A stretch of DNA of 30,688 nucleotides from Hormoscilla sp. (GTDB taxonomy: Bacteria; Cyanobacteriota; Cyanobacteriia; Cyanobacteriales; Desertifilaceae). How positions within the stretch are numbered: position 1 is the stretch's first letter; each line of letters opens with the position of its first letter. Under the pieces are notes generated by a model, which was given only the letters and a program-made list of their open reading frames with translations, did not search any database and was not told the DNA's origin. The stretch is taken from NCBI GenBank assembly GCA_051439505.1, contig JBFRWI010000225.1:1-30688 (forward strand), given 5' to 3'. The position numbers and the translations under genes are program-made. Shown here in pieces: positions 1 through 7,638 of the stretch.

Positions 1-612
1 TTCCAACATGGACAAGGCATGTAAGGGGATGTCCGGGCGGGTGGTAGCATGGGGGGCGGGGGAGAGGTCGTCGGTATTGGTCTCTCCGGGTACCTTAAAC
101 ACCGTTACCTGAATAGCTTCTGGCAGCTTGGGACGGCGGATGAACCAGGCCCCATTGGCCCAGGCGTCAATTACTTGCTTGGCGTAGGGGTTGACATCAG
201 AGAGTTCCAGGACTTCGTTAAAGACATCAAACACCAAGGTGATTTTACTCAGGTTCGCAGCCGCCTCAGCTTCCAGGTTGCTGTTGCTAGACTTGAGAAA
301 CTCCACTAAGGATTGGACATTGTAGCCCCCGACCATCGTCCCTAAGAGGTCGATCGCCCCTTGGGGAACGATCAGAGGACAGGTAATTTCCCGCTTGGCC
401 ACGGCAGTGAGAAAGCCAGCTTTCACGTAGGCGGCCTCATCGACCCCAGGGGGCACCCGATCGCGCAATAAGGACATCAGCGTTTCTTCTTCCCCAGGCT
501 GAGGATATTTCAGCAGTTCGCACAGATCGGCAGTCTGCTGGGCATCCAGGGGCAGGGGCGGGATCCCCAGGGCTGCCCGATCGGCCACATGTTGACGATA
601 TGCTTTTAGCAT
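1..612 (-). CDS. acnB: Aconitate hydratase B (5' part; runs off the left edge)
   Basis: Not in the ORF track. Manual minus-strand translation from ATG at 612 gives MLKAYRQHVADRAALGIPPLPLDAQQTADLCELLK...RDRVPPGVDEAAYVKAGFL...LLGTMVGGYNV...VFKVPGETNTDDLSPAPHATTRPDIPLHALSMLE, the typical AcnB N-terminus. A GAGGAG RBS lies upstream. Confidence 0.95.
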   Translation of the reverse strand, partial: MLKAYRQHVADRAALGIPPLPLDAQQTADLCELLKYPQPGEEETLMSLLRDRVPPGVDEAAYVKAGFLTAVAKREITCPLIVPQGAIDLLGTMVGGYNVQSLVEFLKSSNSNLEAEAAANLSKITLVFDVFNEVLELSDVNPYAKQVIDAWANGAWFIRRPKLPEAIQVTVFKVPGETNTDDLSPAPHATTRPDIPLHALSMLE

Positions 613-716
613 TGGTAAATTCTCCTCTGTGGACATAAAAATCAAATTGTAAGGCAATTTCTACGCTATCGTTGTTAGCAGTAGCGCGAATGTGTATCGT
701 TCTCGACCGAGTTTGC

Positions 717-797
717 GATCCCCCCCCCAACCCCCCCCCTTGCAAAAAGGGGGGGGGGTTAAAAAGCCCCCCTTAAAAAGGGGGGTTTGGGGAGATC
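717..797. repeat. Free-standing poly-C/poly-G double-hairpin repeat bounded by GATC
   Basis: GATC-CCCC..AACCCC..TT..AAAAGGGG..GCCCCCCTTAAAAAGGGGGGTTTGGGGA-GATC. The same motif forms the core of the elements at 4454 and 13179. Confidence 0.8.
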
Positions 798-856
798 GAT
801 AGCGCAGGTGATCTCACTTTCGCACGCGGTCGGTAAGTCCAACCCCCATTACCCAG

Positions 857-2368
857 ATGATTTTTCCAGATTTCTCCCAGTTTACAGAACTCGCTCAACA
901 AGGTAATTTTGTCCCTGTCTACACTGAATGGGTGGCCGACCTGGATACCCCAGTTTCCGCTTGGTATAAGGTATGCGCCGGTCATCCCTACAATTTTCTG
1001 CTGGAATCAGTCGAAGGCGGCGAACAGCTGGGACGCTACAGTTTTCTAGGTTGCGACCCTCTGTGGATCTTAGAAGCGAGGGGCAATAGCACGACTCGGA
1101 CTTGGCGGGATGGGGCCCGTGACAACTATGAAGGGGACCCTTTTGCCATCCTGGCCCAATGTCTGGAACCCTATCGTCCGGTAAAATTACCCCAGTTACC
1201 CCCCGGCATTGGTGGGTTATTCGGGTTCTGGGGTTACGAACTGATCCGCTGGATTGAATCTAGAGTGCCAGTGTATCCACCCGAAGAAGAGGATCTGCCA
1301 GATGGGTTGTGGATGCAGATGGACCAACTGCTGATTTTTGACCAGGTGAAGCGGAAAATCTGGGCTGTTGCTTATGCAGACCTACGAGGCCAAGAGCAGA
1401 ACTTGTCCCAAGCTTATCAGCAAGCCTGCGATCGGGTCAAGGCAATGGTCAACAAACTCCAGTCCGATACTTTATCCTCGAAGGCATTCTTGGAATGGAG
1501 TCCTCCTGGCAAAGCAGGAAATCCCGAATTGACTTATGCTAGCAATACGCCCAAGGAAAAGTTCTGTGCTAACGTGCAGAAGGCTAAGGATTATATCTAC
1601 GCTGGGGATATATTTCAAGTTGTCCTCTCCCAACGACTCACCACTCCCTATACTGGGGAACCTTTTGCCCTTTATCGATCGCTGCGCCTGATTAATCCTT
1701 CCCCTTACATGGCATATTTTAACTTGGGCGATTGGCAAATAGTCGGTTCCTCTCCAGAGGTGATGGTTAAGGCCGAAAAGGCACCCACTGGAAAGACGAT
1801 CGCCACTCTACGCCCGATCGCGGGAACGCGACGTCGAGGCAAAACCCATGCAGAAGATGTGGCCCTAGGGGAGGAGTTATTGCAAGACCCGAAGGAAAGG
1901 GCGGAACACGTGATGTTAGTAGATTTAGGGCGGAATGACTTGGGGCGGGTCTGCACAAGCGGGACGGTGCAGGTGAATGAGTTGATGGTAATTGAGCGCT
2001 ACTCCCACGTGATGCATATAGTGAGTAATGTGGTGGGAGAACTGCGCGAGGATCGCAATGCGTGGGATTTACTGAAGGCAAGTTTCCCCGCTGGGACTGT
2101 TAGCGGTGCGCCGAAAATTCGGGCGATGGAGATAATTTACGAATTGGAAGCTTGTCGGCGGGGTCCATATTCGGGAGTATACGGTTACTACGATTTTGAG
2201 GGACAACTCAATAGTGCCATTACTATTCGGACGATGGTGGTTCGCAACCAAACAGTTTCCGTGCAGGCGGGGGCGGGTATGGTTGCTGACTCGGAACCCG
2301 AAAAGGAGTACGAGGAAACTCTCAATAAGGCGAGAGGTCTTTTGGAAGCTATCCGCTGTCTTCAATAA
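857..2368 (+). CDS. trpE: Anthranilate synthase component I
   Basis: Motifs FLLESVEGGEQLGRYSF, GDIFQVVLSQR, NPSPYM, GSSPE, RPIAGTRRRG, KERAEHVMLVDLGRNDLGRV, FPAGTVSGAPK. Confidence 0.96.
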   Translation: MIFPDFSQFTELAQQGNFVPVYTEWVADLDTPVSAWYKVCAGHPYNFLLESVEGGEQLGRYSFLGCDPLWILEARGNSTTRTWRDGARDNYEGDPFAILAQCLEPYRPVKLPQLPPGIGGLFGFWGYELIRWIESRVPVYPPEEEDLPDGLWMQMDQLLIFDQVKRKIWAVAYADLRGQEQNLSQAYQQACDRVKAMVNKLQSDTLSSKAFLEWSPPGKAGNPELTYASNTPKEKFCANVQKAKDYIYAGDIFQVVLSQRLTTPYTGEPFALYRSLRLINPSPYMAYFNLGDWQIVGSSPEVMVKAEKAPTGKTIATLRPIAGTRRRGKTHAEDVALGEELLQDPKERAEHVMLVDLGRNDLGRVCTSGTVQVNELMVIERYSHVMHIVSNVVGELREDRNAWDLLKASFPAGTVSGAPKIRAMEIIYELEACRRGPYSGVYGYYDFEGQLNSAITIRTMVVRNQTVSVQAGAGMVADSEPEKEYEETLNKARGLLEAIRCLQ

Positions 2369-2410
2369 GATGCATTCTCGTTAAATTCACATCTTGCATC
2401 TTTCCCGATG

Positions 2411-2506
2411 ACCCGCCGGGGGTTGCAAACCCTTCGCTGGCTTCGTTGCTAGCCCGCCGGGGGTTCAAACCCCCGGCTAATAGCTTAAGTGGGTTAAAAC
2501 CCACTG
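2411..2506. repeat. REP-like palindromic repeat cluster (CCCGCCGGGGGTT[G]CAAACCC...)
   Basis: Two copies of CCCGCCGGGGGTT(G)CAAACCC plus a GTGGGTTAAAACCCAC hairpin. A related copy lies at ~23826-23856. Confidence 0.65.
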
Positions 2507-2805
2507 GAAACGTTAAAAACAGACTATAAAATCAGCTATTTCTCTGGTTCCCTGACTCTGGCAGGGAACGGCCTCCAGAGGCTCTGCCTCCTCTGCTGCA
2601 TCCCCAGAACGGGGCGATCGTCTTCAGTCCGCTTACCGTCCTTATTAATATTATGTATGGGCGATCGCCTACAATTATCAAAACCAACTTCACAATTAAA
2701 ATGAAACGCGAAACCCTATCCCTGTTGGGTTTCGGATCGCAAATGTTGCACCACGTGAGGAGTGAAAGTTACTCAAACCTGTTATACTGGTAGATAGAGT
2801 CAATC

Positions 2806-3441
2806 ATGCTAAAGACAAAACTGCCAACTGATACCTGGGTGAGAGCCCCTTGGGATGAATACGATCGGGAAATTGCCGACCCGGTCTATCAAAAAGCAAA
2901 GTGCTACTACTACAACGGAAATTTGAGGATTGAAAAGTCACCAGTCGGTCACGATCATGCTTGCGACCACACGATGATTAATATAGCTGTAGGTCTGTTT
3001 GCCGCTCTCAAAAATATCCCAATTAAGGGACTAGATAACTGCAGCTACCGGAAAACTGGCTTTGCGGAAGCTCAACCTGATATATCTTACTATATTGGTG
3101 AAAATGCAGATATTGTTCCTTGGGGAACTTCCATCATCGATCTAAACATGTATCCCACGCCAGATTTGGTAATTGAAATCGCCAACACCTCTCTCCCTGA
3201 CGATCGAGGGGCAAAACGACTGCTGTATGAGGATTTAAGGGTAAAAGAATATTGGATCGTTGACGTGCAAAACGTACAAATCATGGCTTTTGCCATCCAG
3301 AATAATGGCAGTCAGCGAATTACATCCTCTCAGATGTTACCAGGGTTAGCAATAGGTTTGCTTCACTCTGCTTTGCAGCGGACTCGCCAGATGAATCAAA
3401 GTCAAGTTATTAATTGGTTATTATCCCAATTTCAGCTATAA
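2806..3441 (+). CDS. Uma2 (DUF820) family endonuclease-like protein
   Basis: QPDISYY...PDLVIEIANTS...KRLLYEDLRVKEYWIVD pattern typical of cyanobacterial Uma2 proteins. Confidence 0.88.
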   Translation: MLKTKLPTDTWVRAPWDEYDREIADPVYQKAKCYYYNGNLRIEKSPVGHDHACDHTMINIAVGLFAALKNIPIKGLDNCSYRKTGFAEAQPDISYYIGENADIVPWGTSIIDLNMYPTPDLVIEIANTSLPDDRGAKRLLYEDLRVKEYWIVDVQNVQIMAFAIQNNGSQRITSSQMLPGLAIGLLHSALQRTRQMNQSQVINWLLSQFQL

Positions 3442-3496
3442 TTATAGAATGTGGGTCACCCAGACATGCCAATACTTCTCAGTTAAGTTGTCAAAC

Positions 3497-3526
3497 GGGC
3501 GATCGCCTCCCAAATGGCGATCGCCC
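3497..3526. terminator. HIP1-built hairpin between convergent Uma2 genes (possible bidirectional terminator)
   Basis: GGGCGATCGCC-tcccaaat-GGCGATCGCCC, an 11-bp perfect stem. There is no clear U-tract. Confidence 0.4.
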
Positions 3527-3542
3527 AATTCCCAGGTTCGGT

Positions 3543-4289
3543 TTAATCTATTTCATCTGGGTTGATTCCCATTTCTAGTAACCGCTGGGCTAATTTTTCA
3601 GCACGTTGTTCCAACTTTTTCATCTTGGCCTGTTCTGCTTTCATTAATAGCTCCACCAGCGGAGGTTCGAGCAGTTCTTTCGCCGATAAAACGAGCTGCT
3701 CGAACTGACTGGAAACAATCGATTGCTCTTCAGTGAAATCGACAAAGCTATATCCTTCTACCTTGCTGGGATCGGTAAGCACCCGCACTCGTTTCTTTTG
3801 CGGGTCTACTATCCAATATTCTGGAATTTCCGCCATTTCGTATTCATAGCGTTTCGTCACATAATCATCCCGGGCGTTGCTGCTGACTACTTCTACTACC
3901 AGCATCGGCTTTTCGACAAAATCTAAGACCCCAGCGCCCGGACGATCGAGCACTTGTTCCCAAACCGTTTGACTACAGACAACCACATCGGGAATTCTCG
4001 ATGAATTTTCTTCCGTGCGGACACCAGTTGCTAAAGAGTTCGCGACTAAATCCAAGTTTCGATCGATAAAGTAGCGCTGTAATTTATAAACCAGAAACTT
4101 GCAAATCTGTGTATGTAGGTGCGTTGCTGCTGACCTCGGTATGAGTTTTCCCCTGCATAATTCATAGAGAACGTCCGGTTCTCCTTCATATTCGAGATAT
4201 TCTGCAAAAGTGAACAGGCGCTCACTTGGTGGAGATTCTTTTTCTTGAGGTGCCTTGACGGTCACCTCTCCAAGGACTGCTTGAGTCAT
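3543..4289 (-). CDS. Uma2 (DUF820) family endonuclease-like protein
   Basis: SRIPDVVV...PMLVVEVVSS...DYVTKRYEYEMAEIPEYWIVDP, with C-terminal EQRAEKLAQRLLEMGINPD tail. Confidence 0.9.
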   Translation of the reverse strand: MTQAVLGEVTVKAPQEKESPPSERLFTFAEYLEYEGEPDVLYELCRGKLIPRSAATHLHTQICKFLVYKLQRYFIDRNLDLVANSLATGVRTEENSSRIPDVVVCSQTVWEQVLDRPGAGVLDFVEKPMLVVEVVSSNARDDYVTKRYEYEMAEIPEYWIVDPQKKRVRVLTDPSKVEGYSFVDFTEEQSIVSSQFEQLVLSAKELLEPPLVELLMKAEQAKMKKLEQRAEKLAQRLLEMGINPDEID

Positions 4290-4378
4290 AATGGATAGAC
4301 CTCTTCTGCGATCGGGTATATGAGCTATTTTATCTCATCTCAATTTGATCTGCTGGTAAATTCGCCCCATCACATAGT

Positions 4379-4638
4379 TTATCGGGACTGGGGCACCGGT
4401 GCGATCGCCTCCAAGGATGCGACAATTTCCGTAGCGCTGGGAAGCAGAGAAACGGGTGTGGCTCATTTGTAGTTGTAGAGGATCCCCCCCAAACCCCCCC
4501 TTCCCAAAAGGGGGGGCGAAGGCAAGCCCCCCTTAAAAAGGGGGGTTTGGGGGGATCCGGCGACTGGGAGTGCCCTAGAACTATCAACGGGTTTTGACCA
4601 CACCCCAGAGAAACAATTTTGACGTGATTCATAACCAT
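4379..4638 (-). pseudogene. 5' remnant of a cobalamin/Fe-siderophore-binding (BtuF-like) protein, interrupted by a MITE
   Basis: Removing 4454-4605 plus one 9-bp TSD copy gives MVMNHVKIVSLLPSATEIVASLEAIAPVPQSR*. IVSLLPSATEIV is the characteristic N-terminal motif of this family. Confidence 0.65.
4454..4605. mobile_element. MITE (152 bp) with 9-bp target-site duplication
   Basis: Ends GGGTGTGGCTCA...TGACCACACCC, flanked on both sides by CAGAGAAAC (4445-4453, 4606-4614). Closely similar to 13179-13329. Confidence 0.9.
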
Positions 4639-4764
4639 CTAATATATTACATTACAACTGAGAGCGATCGCCATTTTCGATAAAGCACCATTTTCAATTA
4701 GTCTCATGGCCCTCCATCCCGGGAAATGGAGAAGGCATAGTAGTTATATCTCCCAATTATTACC

Positions 4765-4824
4765 AGTTGTTAATTGCCAATTTAACATTAGCAATTAACA
4801 ATTAACAATTAGCAATTAACAACT
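4765..4824. repeat. Heptamer tandem repeat (CAATTAA/CAATTAG, STRR-like) forming an inverted-repeat hairpin
   Basis: AGTTGTTAATTGC (4765-4777) pairs with GCAATTAACAACT (4812-4824), directly downstream of the DUF3754 gene. Confidence 0.65.
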
Positions 4825-4831
4825 TTCCCTA

Positions 4832-6172
4832 TCATGCATATTGAAATGCATTGTCCCAGACGTAATCTATCACCGTTTTCGCCTCATCCAAGGAGAGGAC
4901 TTGGCAATATCCCTCCTCATCGGATGTGACCAGAGGTACTTCTAGCATACCTGCCTCTGCACCTTCTTTGACTATTTTACCACGGATCGCTTCCAGGTTG
5001 CGCAGGGTATTATTGATATCAAAGTCAATCTTTGTACCAAATTTATCTTCCATCCATTTCTCAATGCGATCGTCCAACTGTTCTGGCGTTAGCGGTTCAT
5101 TGCTGGTCATCAAGTGATAATAGACGAGGAGAATTTCTTTACATTCCTCTTCTTCTGCCGCATCTATTATGTACTGAAAGACGCTAGCGTTACTAGCCAG
5201 ATTTTTGAAAAACAGCGTCTCCATCACATCTTTTTGAAATTTGATCAGCCTGTTTTTGTAATTCGTGTACTGTTTGAAGCCAAACCCTCCCAAGGCGATC
5301 GTCAGAGACAAACTAGCCACGAGGACGGACATCACATTACGCACATCCTTTTCATTGACACTCAAGTCTTCCACCTTGGAAAAAACACCCATCAACAATA
5401 AAATCGCGCCGATGATGAGCAGCAGTTTGGGCAGGATCTTGAGCGCGATCGGAATCGCCGCCCCGATCGCAGGCATCCCCAACAGGATTCTGTCTTTCAA
5501 TGTCATGCTAGCTTTGATATTGGGAAAGAGAAACTCCAGGTCAAATTTGGGAATATTTTTATAAAGGTATAGGTACATTTTTCCGGGATTGAAATTCAGC
5601 TTTTCCTTCTTTGCTTTGGGCAACTTGCCTTGTTTCGCGGCAAAATATTCGGCATCTTTGAATTTAATCAACAATACCACCCGCTCGAATACTTCTATCT
5701 TCTGTTCTACAGTCTTGAACAGCTTCCGGATCGACATGCTTTTCTCAATGTCACCCCGGTAGTAGCAGACCATCTGGTCGAAGTCTTCAAAATCTACAGT
5801 TGTCTCTAGTTCAATCAATGACGCTTCTGTAAAAGCCTGTTGTAAAATCTCCTGGGATATGGGACGGTAATTTGCTCTTTCCAGAATAGCTTGAAAGTCC
5901 CCGATCGCTCTTGCTACCATATTTTCTTGCTGTTCTGGGGTCGATTCAATTATCGACTTCGTATCCGTATCCGGGTCAAAGCGAGCATAATTATCTTTTA
6001 ACCGTTCCAGTTTCCTATGGAACTGAAAATGGTAATATGCCGAGAGAATTTCGCATAATTCTCGGAATTTTGGCACTGCTGCATCTGCCAACTTACCGTC
6101 TTTTAGGCAAAGTTCGATCAGGTCGGAACGACGATAGGGAATAAAAGCTTCCCGGTCAAGATATTCTGCCAT
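4832..6172 (-). CDS. DUF3754/TMEM143-family membrane protein
   Basis: REAFIPYRRSD, KNIPKFDLEFLFPN, two hydrophobic helices, IDAAEEEECKEILLVYY, IDFDI. Start chosen at ATG 6172 by alignment to the adjacent paralog; the ORF track extends to 6283. Confidence 0.8.
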   Translation of the reverse strand: MAEYLDREAFIPYRRSDLIELCLKDGKLADAAVPKFRELCEILSAYYHFQFHRKLERLKDNYARFDPDTDTKSIIESTPEQQENMVARAIGDFQAILERANYRPISQEILQQAFTEASLIELETTVDFEDFDQMVCYYRGDIEKSMSIRKLFKTVEQKIEVFERVVLLIKFKDAEYFAAKQGKLPKAKKEKLNFNPGKMYLYLYKNIPKFDLEFLFPNIKASMTLKDRILLGMPAIGAAIPIALKILPKLLLIIGAILLLMGVFSKVEDLSVNEKDVRNVMSVLVASLSLTIALGGFGFKQYTNYKNRLIKFQKDVMETLFFKNLASNASVFQYIIDAAEEEECKEILLVYYHLMTSNEPLTPEQLDDRIEKWMEDKFGTKIDFDINNTLRNLEAIRGKIVKEGAEAGMLEVPLVTSDEEGYCQVLSLDEAKTVIDYVWDNAFQYA

Positions 6173-6279
6173 AGCACCATTGTCTCGTTTACTAAAATCG
6201 GTATTGTAACTACAAAGGGGAAATTTAGCAAGCTGCCTTGGTGGTTCACCACCGGCGACTGCGGTCCCGATCGCAGCCT

Positions 6280-7629
6280 TCATGGATTATACCCAAAGGC
6301 ATTATCCAAAACATAATCTATCACTGCTACTGCATCTGACAGGGGGAGGACTTGGCAACGGTCCTGACTGTCGTAAGTCAGCAGGGGAACCTCCGGCGTA
6401 CTGTCTGCATCGGCACCTTCCTTGACTATTTTACCACGGATACCTTCCAAATTGCCCAGGGGACCATTGATATCAAAGTCAATTTTCGTGCCAAATTTCT
6501 CATCCATCCATTTCTCAATGCGATCGTCTAGCTGTGACTTAGTCAAAGGTTGATTGCTGGTCATCAGGTGATAATATACCAGGATGATTTCTTTACATTC
6601 TTCTTCTTCCGCTGTATCAATTAAAAACTGCAATACACCCTGGTTATTAGCCATTTGCCTGAAAAATAGAGTCTCTGTCACTTTTTTTTGAAATTTTATC
6701 AACTTGCTTTTGTAAGTATTGTACTGCTTGAATGCAAACCCTCCCAAGGTGACTAAGAGCGATAATACTGCTACCATGACAGGCATAAAATTGCTTACCT
6801 GATCTTCACTTGCCTTTAACTCTTCGATCCCCGATTCTTCCAGACCCGATGGGACGCCAGTGAAAAACAAAATTACGCCGACAATCAGCAGTAGTTGGGG
6901 GAGTATTCTCAATAGAATCGCGATCGCTGCCCCGATCGCAGGCACCCCAAACAGCAGTCTGTCCTTCCATGTCATGCTAATTTAGACGTTGGGAAAGAGA
7001 AACTCAATGTCAAATTTAGGGATATCTTTGTAAAGGTATAGATACATTTTCCCCGGCAAGAATTTCCGGTTTTTTGTCTTTTTTTGTTCCCCAGCAAAAT
7101 ATTCCGAATCTTTGAATTTTAGCAACAATACTAACCGCTGAAAAACCTCAACCTGTTCTTCAACTTTTCTCAAGAAAAACTTTTTCAATAACAGCCGCTG
7201 ATAAATATCACCCCTACAGTAGCATACCATCCGATCGAAGTCATTAAAATTAATCTCAGTCTTGAGTTCAATCGATGACTTTTCGCCAAAGAAACGTTCC
7301 AGGTCAGCTTGGGATAGGCGCAGGTAATTTGCTGCTGACATGATCTTATGAAACTCGTCAATCAGTTGGTCTGCCATTTGATGGCGCTGCTGGGGGGTAG
7401 GTTCGGTGCGTGATTTGGTATCTGCACCCGGATCGAAGGGGGCAAAGTTATCCTTTAACATCTCCAGCCGCCGATGAAACTGAAAGTGGTAATATGCTGA
7501 GAGTATTTGGCAAAAATTCTGAAACTTTTCCACATCCTCTGGGGCTAACTTACCGTCTTCCAGACAAAGTTCGATGATGTCAGAGCGACGATAGGGGATA
7601 AAGGCTTCTCGGTTTTGATAAACTGACAT
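6280..7629 (-). pseudogene. Second DUF3754/TMEM143 paralog split by one in-frame stop
   Basis: ORFs 6982-7629 and 6280-6975 are in the same frame. They read FPNV*ISMTWKDR versus the paralog FPNIKASMTLKDR, so TAA at 6982-6984 sits at a Lys position. Confidence 0.85.
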
Positions 7630-7638
7630 AATACTCGT

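Noticed and set aside
49..985. Short ORFs 49-309, 437-745 and 773-985
   Set aside because: They are shadow or alternative frames of acnB, trpE and the intervening repeat.
4330..4638. 102-aa ORF (and the similar ORFs 13072-13455, 13106-13321, 23429-23800) as real genes
   Set aside because: They are read-throughs of MITE/REP sequence (PPKPPFLRG, ETGFL/ETRFL peptides).
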